Shown here: piece by piece, positions 20,289 through 31,137 of the stretch | How the letters are laid out: each line of letters begins with the position of its first letter | Position numbering within the stretch: the stretch's first letter is position 1 | Origin: Octopus sinensis | Lineage: Eukaryota | Direction: 5' to 3' | NCBI RefSeq assembly: GCF_006345805.1 | Contig: NW_021829655.1 | Location: 1 to 31,996 of the forward strand | DNA: 31,996 nt | Translations under genes and position numbers: made by a program | Notes under the pieces: model-generated | Told to the model about the DNA's origin: nothing | Seen by the model: only the letters and a program-made list of their open reading frames with translations | Database searches by the model: none

Positions 20289-21675
20289 CATCCATACATA
20301 CATGCATGTATGTATGTATGCATGCACATACATACATATGTGTACAAACTAAAAAAAAACAACAGCTCTCAATACATGACATGGAGTATGTTTGAACCAT
20401 TTGGTGAATTAATCATTCATTACTCAGTTTTAAACAAACATATAGGGAGTATGAAAACGAAGAATGGTCATATGAATCATGCATACATACACGAACATAC
20501 ACGAACACATGCATATACATACAAACATGTACGTATATATTTCTTCTTTGGACTTTTTCCCTTTCTCCTTTCCAAGGAAGAGCTATGATTGAAATGTCAA
20601 ACTCTCTCTTCACTGAGTAGTAAGCTAATACATTTCTTGTGCACTTCCTCTTGTCCATTAATTTTAATCATTTAATTCAAAGATTCTCAACAGGGGCCAT
20701 TTGGAGCTCAAGTGGGGAGGGCGTTTTGGAGCAAAGGGGCACTAAGGGGGGGGGGCATTAAGAGGGCACTGGAAGACCCTGTCTTTGTGGTAAGTTCAAT
20801 TTGAAATTAGCAAGTAGTAGCCATATTTTCACATCTCTGCGACAGTCAGTTTAAAATTTTCAAAAACTTAAAAAACACTTTTCCCACTGGTGTTGCTAAA
20901 GTGAAACCTCGAAAACATAAATAAAAACTAAAGACAGATGAATTAGTGACAGACAATTAAAAGGAAAAAGGTAATGAAAAGTGAAAAGCTGAATGTGTGT
21001 GTGTGTTTGTGTGCAAATATTTAAAGACTGGTGGTCAGAATTTTGGATCAAATTGGCTTTTGGGAGTGGCTGATAGATATGTATTTGTGTATGTATATGT
21101 TTCTATGTATATGAGTGTTGCTGTTTTGAATTCCTTTCTGTGATTGAACTTAAATTGACCCCTGGCTATCAAAGACCCAACCACACACACACACACATTT
21201 GTTTTAGGTTTTGTACCCATTTGAACTGCGGCTATACACCAAATTCTTTCTCTTTCTATATTTTTTGTTAATTTCCTGTATCAAGCAATGGACAGAAGTA
21301 TTTTTAAAAAAATTAAATTTATTGAGCCGAACAAAATCAAAAATATTAATTCTAATCGTAATGATGGAGAGGAGTAAACATTTTCCCTTTCCTTAATACT
21401 AACAAGAGCATAGTGTTATTTCTAGCAAATTGAACAAGTACCTCATTGGCTCATTTGTTGATGTGTATAAATAAACAAAAACTAAAGGAAAAACAGACAC
21501 TAGCAAACACACACGTGTGTGTGTGTGTGTGAATGGGCGGAATTATGATGTAAGCACATGCTAAAACCCTTCATAACTTTTGTGCTTTTACGGATTTTTA
21601 CAAAATTCTTTTGATTATGTCTTCTGCATTTGATTGATATGACAATGCAGAAAAAAAATCTCCCACCTCTGCCAA

Positions 21676-22057
21676 TTTTTTTTTTTAATTCATGGTTTTA
21701 AAATATAGACAGTCCGAATCTACCTTTTGTTTCTCTATAATTTCCAAATAATTTTTAAATACATTTATGGAAGAAAGCCAATTGACGGTCTTCACACTTT
21801 TTCACATAATCCTGGAATTTATATGTGAAATGCCAGCCACTTGTCCATATTAGCAGGCAAACAGCCGTGCTGCGGTATGACATATAGTCCAAGAAGACGA
21901 AAGCCTTCTTTTTAAGACGAAAAATGAAGTTGGAAAAGTGGTGAAGAAGTTTTAGATACTTGTGATTGTCGTAACCGACAGTGTGCCAGTATTTTATATG
22001 TGTATGTGCGTATATAAAGATATAATTAAAACAATATGTATACACCCACATATATAT

Positions 22058-22105
<48 letters not shown>

Positions 22106-22756
22106 GACAAAGCCTTATGGTGTGAATTTTCTAAAACTCCTTAGGGACAAATGGTTTTCATAATGAATTTCAATTTAATCATAATCTACTTGATCTTAAG
22201 CATATTTATAGAAAAGAAATATTTAATTTTCTCAAGGTTACGAAGAAGCAAATCTTTGGGGCACAATTGTGTAGATGCTGAAATATTTATATATATATAT
22301 ATTATATATATATATATGCCAGCCTCGTCTGGCACCTGTGTCGGTGGCACATAAAAAACACCATCCGAGCGTGGCCGTCTGCCAGCCTCGTCTGGCACCT
22401 GTGTCGGTGGCACATAAAATCACCCACTACACTCTCGGAGTGGTTGGTGTTAGGAAGGGCATCCAGCTGTAGAAACACTGCCAGATCTGACTGGCCTGGT
22501 GTAGCCTTCGGGCTTGCCAGACCCCAGTTGAACCGTCCAACCCATGCTAGCATGGAAAGCGGACGTTAAACGATGATGATGATGATGATGATGAGTTGGC
22601 CAGATAACCGAAGAGATGGCATTGTCGATTTCCACCTCGGCATCCGAAACTCAGAGTTTTTTCTTGGCTACTGAATATATTATTTTACAGATAAATTTCC
22701 TCTATTTATGTAATATTGAGGTCTCTTTCTTTCTTTTGTTATCTTACCGTTTTTTA

Positions 22757-22826
<70 letters not shown>

Positions 22827-23090
22827 AGGATGTATTTAAAACTAACCCTATGTTTCTGTATGCATTTATAGATGTATATGTATAAGTTTCAGAATAATGG
22901 AATAAAAGTCAGTCATAATAAGAGATCTCCCCAAAATCTATTTCCTTAGTTTTTAACAACTATTTCTGGCACACATATTCACGTAATTTTGATTTTGAAC
23001 TATTTAAAAAATTATTTGGAAATTATAAAGAGAAATGAATAGTAGATTCAGACTGTCCATATCTTAAAACAATGAATTAAAAAAAAATTT
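21676..23090. mobile_element. Foldback/MITE-like DNA element defined by ~85-90 bp inverted arms (21676-21761, 23001-23090)
   Basis: Left ttaattcatggttttaaaatatagacagtccgaatctac...tataatttccaaataattttt matches the reverse complement of the right arm with scattered mismatches. True termini and TSD not found. Confidence 0.55.
22318..22594 (+). mobile_element. Young RTE LINE 3'UTR copy with 63-bp internal tandem unit and (GAT)n tail
   Basis: gccagcctcgtctggcacctgtgtcggtggcacataaaa occurs at 22318 and 22381; ends gcggacgttaaac(gat)7. Confidence 0.9.
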
Positions 23091-23585
23091 TGTGCGTGTC
23101 AAATTTTTTCTCCAGAAGTTCATGGCTTCTCAGAATAAGCATGGAAAACTGCATCAAGATAACCAATTTTCAGATTTTTTACTTCCTTTTAAAAAATGCA
23201 GATTTTATGAATGAAACAAACTAGATCCTGAATAAGAAATGAATGTTTAATATGACAAATTTTCAGAATTTTTTTACATCATTTTAAAAGGGGGCTGATT
23301 TTATGACTCAAACTAACAAGTACAGTGGATCCTCCACAATTTGCTACTCATATGAAGTACATATGTATTTCAACAATTTCTATCAAATAAACTCTCTTTC
23401 TGAAGCATAAAAAATCCTCTTCCCAAGTGACAGTAACTTATATGTCAGATCGTTGCACAAGTTCTAGCTGTAAAACAGGGAAGGGAAATTGGAAAGGTTT
23501 GAAATGATTTTATCGGCATTTACTTGTACCAAAAAAACACTCTTTCGATAGACAACACATTGATCTCATAAGTGTCTAATTCGAT

Positions 23586-23840
23586 GACTGGCATACGTGC
23601 TAGTGGAGCACTAAGAGTACCATCCGAGCGTGAATGTTGCCAGAGCGGCTAACTGGCGTTTGTGCCGGTGGCACGTAAAAGCACCCACTACACTCTCAGA
23701 GTGGTTGGCGTTAGGAAGGGCATCCAGCTGTAGAAACTCTGCCTGGTGGAGCCTGGTGCAGTCATCTGGTTCGCCAGTCCTCACTCAAATCGTCCAACCC
23801 ATACTAGCATGGAAAGCAGACGTTAAACGATGATGATGAT
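23586..23840 (+). mobile_element. RTE LINE 3'UTR copy
   Basis: Same aggaagggcatccagctgtagaaac core and gacgttaaacgatgatgatgat end. Confidence 0.9.
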
Positions 23841-23874
23841 ATATATACATATATATGTGTATATTATATATATA

Positions 23875-24325
23875 TCATCATCATCGTTTAGCGTCCGCTT
23901 TCCATGCTAGCATGGGTTGGACGGTTCAACTGGGGTCTGGGAAGCCAGAAGGCTGCACCAAGCCCAGTCTGATCTGGCAATGTTTCTATGGCTGGATGCC
24001 CTTCCTAACGCCAACCACTCCGTGAGTGTAGTGGTTGCTCTTACGTGCCACCGGCATGGGGGCCAGGCGAGGCTGGCAAACGGCCACGATCGGATGGTGC
24101 TTTTTACATGCCACCAGCACGAGGCCAATCGTGGTGGCGCTGGCAACGGCCACATTCGGATGGTTCTCTTACGTACCACTGGCACTGGTATCACAGCTGC
24201 AATTTCCATTGATGTTGATCAATTTCGATTTTCATTTGCCTCAACAGGTCTTCACAAGTAGAGTTTTGTGTCCCAAGAAGGAAAGGTATGCATAAGTGGA
24301 CCGGCTACATCCCAGGTAGAGGCCA
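23875..24325 (-). mobile_element. Longest RTE LINE 3'UTR copy in the window
   Basis: Reverse complement of the same core and tail, extending further 5' through tandem gccggtggcacgtaa units. Confidence 0.9.
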
Positions 24326-24339
24326 CATATATATACACA

Positions 24340-25397
24340 AACATTATCCATAATATCAAAGTGACACTGACGCTGCTCTTGGATCAAAACATAATAGAGC
24401 TATGTATTGAACAAAAGCTCCTGCAGACATACAGCCTATACGAAGCATCCAAAATCTCTCCATACTAAATTTTCATAAAGCAAATTGGAAGTTGATTGAG
24501 AAAGTGATTCTCAGGCTGGATTGGCCTAAATATCTCTCCACATCAGACATTGGCGTGAAACAAAAACATTGCATGTCCATAATACAAACCATATGTGACA
24601 AATCTGTCCCATTGTGCAAGACCAACATACACAAAAATAGGATTCAGAGGGAAGGGAAGATTCTTATGAGACGATGGGCAAAGATTGCAAACCATCTGAG
24701 TAAGCACCCCAAAAGTGGCAAGAGGTCTCGCCTGGAGAGAGCGCTATTGGAGATTGAGAAAAGTCTGCATCAGTCTCATGAAAAGGAGAGAGCTGATAAA
24801 GAAGCTTGGTTATAGAAAATATCAAGTTGAATCCTGAAGCTTTCTTTGAGTTTACTTAAGAAACTGTCTCAGTATGCCACAAGATAGGAGCCCTCTCCCA
24901 AAAAGATGGCTCCCTCACAGGAAACCCCATGAGGATAAGTGAAATACTGAATGAACAGTTCCAAGGTGTTTTCATTACAGGCAGGTGAACAAACCAACAG
25001 AATTCTTTGCCACTTTACCTGTAACCAAAGAGACAAACATTGAGTACATGAACATTGAAGATGTAATGCTGGCCATAGATGATATTGACACAAATTCTGC
25101 TGCTGCCCCTGATGGAGTTCCAGTGATCCTTCTCAAATCATGCAAGCAAGCCCTTGCAAAACCACAGCAGCTTCTCTTTCAGAACTTCTTTGGAAGTGGT
25201 AAGCTCCCAGACAAACTGAAGGAAGGGATAAAATGTCCTATCCAGAATGGAGGAAGCAGGGCAGATGCTAAAACTTAGAGGTGTATCTCTCTGACTGTAC
25301 ATGTCAGCAAAGTCATGCAACGAATAGTCCACAAGAAAGTAATCGTGTTCCTTGAAGAAAATGACTTGCTGACTGACACCCAGCATGGATTTCAACC
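24340..25397 (+). mobile_element. Decayed CR1-type LINE ORF2 fragment (end of APE, linker, start of RT)
   Basis: Translation across breaks: LLDQNIIEL (SDH-type site), LNFHKANW, NPEAFFEF, IGALSQKDGSLTGNPMRISEILNEQFQGVF, AAAPDGVPVILLKSC, CISLTVHVSKVMQRIV, LLTDTQHGFQP. Confidence 0.85.
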
Positions 25398-25492
25398 AGA
25401 ATAAGGGAAGCTTGCAATGAGCACTTAAAACAGTACATATATTGTGAAGTATACTTAAAAATATACTTTACAAAAAATTAACTTTATATATG

Positions 25493-25544
<52 letters not shown>

Positions 25545-25837
25545 AAGTCAAAAAGAGGGTGAAAAAATTGGATATTAATTTAATAACATCAATTTAAACA
25601 CCAGTGGCCTAGCGTATAAAAGACCGAGATTCAGTAAATATTATTAATACACAACTATGAGAGAGAATCCACTATGAGGACGCTCTTACGCTAGATATAG
25701 ATCCGCAAAGGGACTCAACCACGAAGAATTGTTCTCAAGAAATAATTCAGCACACCAAACAATTCTTAGTGGTTGAGTCCCTTTGCAGATCTATATCTAG
25801 CGTAAGAGCATCCATATAGTGGATTCTCTCTCATAGT

Positions 25838-25840
<3 letters not shown>
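25545..25840 (+). mobile_element. Short repeat fragment (Penelope-like by inference) ending in a long inverted duplication
   Basis: 25553-25648 resembles the reverse complement of 16925-17012; 25651-25733 and 25758-25840 are 83-bp inverted arms; flanked by (TA)n. Confidence 0.5.
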
Positions 25841-25884
<44 letters not shown>

Positions 25885-26080
25885 GTGTATACATACTCAT
25901 ACATATATATATATATAAAATATTATTTGAGCAAAACCACTATTTGCAAACATACTCATACATATATATATATATAATATTACACATACACATATCCATA
26001 CATATATATATACACATATCCATACATATATACATATACATATCCATACATATATATATATATACATATATGTACATATA

Positions 26081-26122
<42 letters not shown>

Positions 26123-26200
26123 CATATATATACATATATATATATATACATATTATATATATATACATATATATGTGTGTATATATACACATATATATGT
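25841..26200. repeat. (TA)n/(TACA)n microsatellite
   Basis: Directly visible. Confidence 0.95.
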
Positions 26201-26201
26201 A

Positions 26202-26572
26202 TTCCTCTATATAAACGGCAGTTTGTCTGTGCGTGTTTCTGTGTGTCTGTTTGCTTGTACCTTCACCCTGACCACGGCTTTCAACCGATTCTGATGAAAC
26301 TTAGCACACACATAGCCCAATGTCATAATTCAAAACTAACGCAGCCAAAATTTTGAAAAGTTCCCCCAGTTCTGAAAAAAATCGATAAATTCGACATGGG
26401 GTCGAGGATCAGAAACACAAACCGCAAACTGTCTAGGGGACGCAACTCCACCTTTTTTTACTCTCAAAAAAGATTTACCATCATTTTTTGCTATTTTTTG
26501 GCTATAACTCTCTAAAAATGCTTTATAGTTATATCCCTTACAAACCTGAGCAACGCCGGGCGATACTGCTAG
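26202..26572 (+). mobile_element. Short non-autonomous Helitron, ~370 bp
   Basis: 5' (t)tcctctatataaac then gtctgt/gtgt repeats and caaccgatt..aaactt..cacac. 3' imperfect hairpin cctgagcaacgccggg followed by CTAG|T at 26569-26572. Same architecture as 9555-11627. Confidence 0.75.
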
Positions 26573-26651
26573 TGTATATATATATACATATATATATACA
26601 TATATATATATGTATATATACATATATATATATGTATAGATATATATACAT

Positions 26652-27054
26652 ACTCTTTACTCTCACTTTTACTTGTTTCAGTCATTTGACTGCGGTCATG
26701 CACCATCTTTAGTTGAGCAAATCAACCCCAGGACTTATTCTTTTTAAGCCTAGCACTTATTGTATCAGACTCTTGACGAACCGCTAAGTAAACACACCAG
26801 CATCGGTTGTAAGGCGATGTTGGGGGGACAAACACAGACCCACAAACATATATACACACATACACGTGTATATATATATATATATATATAAATCGGGCTT
26901 CTTTCAGTTTCCGTCTACCAAATCCACTCAGAAGGCTTTGGTTGGCCCGAAGCTATAGTAAAATACACTTGCCCAAGGTGCCACGCAGTGGGACTGAACC
27001 CAGAGCCGTGTGTTTGGTAAGCAAGCCACTTACCACACAGCCACTCCTGTGCCT
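26652..27054 (-). mobile_element. SINE family A, full length
   Basis: Reverse-complement alignment to 14620-15034 from A box to tail. Confidence 0.9.
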
Positions 27055-27064
27055 ATAATACATA

Positions 27065-27217
27065 CTTAACATTATATTATATATATATATATATATATAT
27101 AATGTTATATATATGTGTATATATATGTAATATATATATATATATAAATATGTTTATATATATGTATATATATATAATGTATATATATATATATATGTGG
27201 GTGTGTGTTGTGTTATA

Positions 27218-27270
<53 letters not shown>

Positions 27271-27345
27271 TATGTATATGTATATATATGTATGTATATA
27301 TATGTGATATAATATATATATGGATATATATGTATGTGTATATAT
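27065..27345. repeat. (TA)n/(TG)n microsatellite
   Basis: Directly visible. Confidence 0.95.
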
Positions 27346-27349
27346 AATA

Positions 27350-28775
27350 GATAGAATCCTTTCACTGGCGGCCTTCTTCAAGTAAACATGTTTCTTCCTG
27401 CGCTCGTGAAAAAAAATTTTTCCTCGTCTAGCTTATAGGCCCTCATTATTTGTTTTCCTGTTCCTGTTCTATTCCTTCTGTACTGTATTTTTTGTAATTG
27501 TATTTTTATTTTGTATTTGTTTTTAATTCTATTGTTTTTACGTTCTGTTTTTGTCACATTTTTTCCTTGTTTTACCCTCTGCAAAGGAATTTATTTAATT
27601 CTTTCGCAGGAAGGACTAGTTCGACGAGACGTGTTCTGTCCTCACCTTCGAAACACGCTGGAGTTGAACTAGGGACAGCTGATGAAGGGGATTTTTCTTG
27701 TGTAGTTGTCTTGTACTCTGTTTTTTCGTTGTTAAAAAAATGGTCTGTTCCATGCTGTTTTTACTTTTTCGTTTCTCGAAATGTATATATGTATATATAC
27801 ATATATATATACACATATATATACATATATATATATATATCTTGTCCTGTACTTGTTTTCTTGTTGTAAATTTTTGTTTTTTCCGTTTCTATGTCTTGTT
27901 GTGGTGTCCTGTACTCACGTATATTTACTTATATATGCATGTATATATACATGTAGATGTAGGTACGTACATATATGTTTGTATGTATGCATATATTTTT
28001 ATTTATTACATTATTGTCTGACAGCGCCTCGCGTCGGGTTCGTTTCGATTCGTCGGTTCATTCCACTTCTTGTCTCCATTTAATTTTTATATGTATATTT
28101 AAGACGCGAAATTCTCTCCCTTTGCTTTACCCTCTCCATTCTCTCTCCCTCTCACTCTTCCTCTTCTCTCTCTCAGCCGCGTGTCCCCCTCCTCCTTTCT
28201 CACTGCCAGCCTAAAAATTTCTTTCTTTTGCACGCTGCTTCTGCCACTGAAAAGTCATGCTTTCCACACGCTGCCACACAACATCTTCCGTCTAGCCAAG
28301 AAAAGGCCTTTTCGTTTGTTTGTTTTTTCTCGTTTGTTCTCTTGTTTGTTTGATTTCCCGTATTGTATTCTCTTTTTATTTCTCGTTTTGTATTTTTTTG
28401 TACATGTATTTTAATCTTGTAATTTATTGGGCAGTTTTATTGTTACGTCCTGTTTGTGTTCTTACCCGTTTTACCCCGCTGCTTGGAATTTTATTTTAAT
28501 TCTCTCGCAGGAAGGCCTAGTTGACGATGTGTCCTGTCTTGCCTTCGAAACACGCTTGAGTCTAACTGGCAACAGCTGATGACGGTGGACTTTTCCTTAT
28601 GTAGCTTGTCCTGTACTTGTTTTCTTGTAAATTTTTGTTTTTCCCGTTTCTACGTCTTGTTGTGGTGTCCTGTACTCACTTATATTTACTTATATATGCA
28701 TGTATATATACATGTAGATGTAGGTACGTACATATGTTTGTATGTATGCATATATTTTATTTATTACATTATATA
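27350..28775 (+). mobile_element. Two tandem diverged copies of a T-rich Penelope-like terminal repeat
   Basis: Both copies carry cgtctagc..aggcc, cgcaggaagg.ctagtt, ccttcgaaacacgct and acagctgatga. 27841-28014 and 28605-28772 are nearly identical. Confidence 0.6.
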
Positions 28776-29017
28776 CAATACTATATATATATACATATAT
28801 ATACATATACATATGTATATATATATATGTATTCTATATATGTATATAATTTGTTATATATCTATATATATATAATATATCAATTTTTTTTATTTCTTAC
28901 ATTATATATATGTATATATATATATGTATATATATGTATATATAATATATATATATATACATATATTTTTATTTCTTACATTATTATACATATATATATA
29001 TACATATATATAAATAC

Positions 29018-29049
<32 letters not shown>

Positions 29050-29060
29050 ATACATATATA
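28775..29060. repeat. (TA)n/(TACA)n microsatellite
   Basis: Directly visible. Confidence 0.95.
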
Positions 29061-29158
29061 TAACGGGAGCTTTATGAAAATAAACAAAAGATGAAGGCAG
29101 GTGGAAAACAAACGAACAATTGTATTAGTATGGCGCTCAGGAAATATAAATAAAACAA

Positions 29159-29199
29159 GTCTTAACGTTTCGAGCCTACGCTCTTCAACAGAAAGATAC
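29159..29199 (-). ncRNA. Minimal type I hammerhead ribozyme-like motif, variant core
   Basis: Minus strand reads UAUCUUU-CUGUUGA-A-GAGC-GUAG-GCUC-GAAAC-GUU-AAGAC: CUGANGA box with A6 changed to U, perfect 4-bp stem II, GAAAC box, palindromic ACGU stem III. Confidence 0.6.
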
Positions 29200-29729
29200 A
29201 CAGAGAGAGAAAAACACAGAAAGAAGGAGAGAAAAAATGTGTGCAGTAGCTAACGAATCAACATGGCGATCTGATTTTGGCCAGAGGTCAAAGATCAAAC
29301 ATGAGACGCGAGAGCGAAATAAGGGGAGATAATAGGGTTGATAAAAGGGTTGAGGGACCAGCTAAAAGTGTGTGGGAGGGGTCTGGATGTGTGTATGTAT
29401 AGGGTTGGTGTATGTATTAGTATGTATAAGGGTGTGTGTGTGTGTATGAGAGAGTATTAGAGCGTAAGATTGGTCTGGACGTGCGTATGTATGGGGTTGG
29501 TGTATGTATTAGTATGTATTAGTACGTATTGGTATGTATAGGTGTGTGTGTGTGTGTGTGTGAGAGAGTATAAGTGCGTATGCGGGGTCTGGACGTGTGT
29601 ATGTATAGGGTTGGTGTAAGTATTAGTATGTACTGGTATGTATTAGTACGTATTAGTATGTATTAGTTGGTGTGTGTATTAGTATGGCACATCATATGTG
29701 ATGTGATGTGTAAAGTATGTGGTGTAGTG

Positions 29730-30025
29730 AGGAGAAGAGGGGAGGGGGAGAAGATGGGGGAGAGAAGGCGAGGGGGAGGAGAAGGGGGAAGAGGAGAGGA
29801 TGGGGAGAAGGAAGGGGAGGAAGGGGAGGAGGGATTGAAGGAGGAAAGAGGGAGAGGGGGAGAGAGGGATGAGGGAGCAGAGGGAGGGGAAGAGGGAGGG
29901 AGAAAGAGGGAAGAAGGGAAGGGGAGTAGGGGTGAAAGGATGAAGGACTGAAGATAGGGGTCGGGGGGGAGAAAGGATAGGTGAGGAGGGGAGAGGGGGT
30001 TAGATGAGGAGGGGGGGGGGGGGAG
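29730..30025 (+). repeat. ~300-nt near-pure polypurine (GGA/GAG/GGGA) tract
   Basis: Almost exclusively G and A on the plus strand, with many GG-GGGG runs. Confidence 0.9.
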
Positions 30026-30099
30026 AGTTGAGACCAAATGGCGTATAAGAGCGAAGAGAGAAGATTAATTCCTGTTCACGGCGCAAACGGGAATCCGGA

Positions 30100-30500
30100 T
30101 ATACATATACATATATACATACATATATATACATATATATATATACATATATATATATACATATATACATATATATAATCAATATATACATATATGCATA
30201 TATATATAATATACATATATACATATATGCAGATATATATATAATATACATATATATATATACATATATATACATATGTATATATATATATATATATACA
30301 TATATAGATATATATACATATATATATACATATATGCATATATCTAATATATATATATATATACATATATGCATATATATATATATATATATAATTCTCA
30401 TATATATATACATATATATATATAATATACATATATATACATATATATATACATATATATATATTATATAATATATATATACATATATATATATACATGC
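30100..30500. repeat. (TA)n/(TACA)n microsatellite
   Basis: Directly visible. Confidence 0.95.
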
Positions 30501-30502
30501 AT

Positions 30503-30884
30503 ACTCTCTTTACTTTTTTTACTCTTTTACTTGTTTCAGTCATTCGACTGCGGCCATGCTGGAGCACCACCTTTTAGTACTTATTCTATCGGTCTCTTTT
30601 TGGCCGAACCGCTAGTGACGGGGACCACCTAAACACACCAGCATCGGTTGTCAAGCAATGCTAGGGGGACAAACACAGACACACAAACACACCACATATA
30701 CATATATGATACATATATATACGACAGGCTTCTTTCAGTTTCCGTCTACAAATCCACTGACAAAGGCATTGGTCGGCCCGGGGCTATAGCAGAAGACACT
30801 TGCCCAAGATGCCACGCGTGGGACTGAACCCGCAACCGTGTGGTTTGGTTAGCAAGCTACTTTACCACACAGCCACTCTGCGCA
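30503..30884 (-). mobile_element. SINE family A, same young subfamily as 14620-15034, with internal deletion in tail
   Basis: Shares diagnostic gtagcttgctaacc, ggcatcttggg, ccccgggccgaccaatgcc and ctagcattgcttgacaac. Confidence 0.9.
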
Positions 30885-31100
30885 TACATTCATATTACAT
30901 ATATATATAACAATTGCAGCGTGGAAGGTGTTTGTAAGCCATTTAAGAACAACACAAAAGCCTTTCGATTCACTTCAACATTTAAATTTAATTTGTCAAG
31001 GATTTTCGTCACGCGGCAATTGTTTTCGTTTCAGCACACGATCTCAGATCAAATCACTTGCTATGCGAGTACATCTCCGTAATATATATATATTATATTA

Positions 31101-31137
<37 letters not shown>

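Larger units (their letters stand above)
29062..30100 (-). mobile_element. Penelope-like terminal repeat with hammerhead-like motif, internal minisatellite and purine tract
   Basis: Bounded by TA microsatellites and carries a hammerhead-like motif at 29159-29199. Hammerheads are established in PLE terminal repeats; element identity is inference. Confidence 0.5.

Noticed and set aside
20678-21164. Possible hAT-type MITE (caggggcc...gacccctg, 16/21 inverted match)
   Set aside because: The terminal match is imperfect, the 8-bp flanks agree at only 5 positions, and an alternative start is equally plausible.
21755-22051. 98-aa minus-strand ORF
   Set aside because: Starts in microsatellite sequence and has no recognisable domain; noted only as unexplained foldback interior.
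22318-22420. Direct repeats as a CRISPR-like array
   Set aside because: Tandem unit of the RTE 3'UTR with no unique spacers, in a eukaryotic context.
28015-28070. Minus-strand CCGACGA..GAAAC hammerhead-like string
   Set aside because: Core is mutated and there is no stem II.
29663-30037. P/S-rich and G/E/R-rich ORFs
   Set aside because: Translations of the polypurine tract.
30915-31080. Short CpG-rich repeat fragment with CTGAGA..GAAAC on the minus strand
   Set aside because: The core lacks a base and the stems do not form; probably a decayed repeat, too weak to call.
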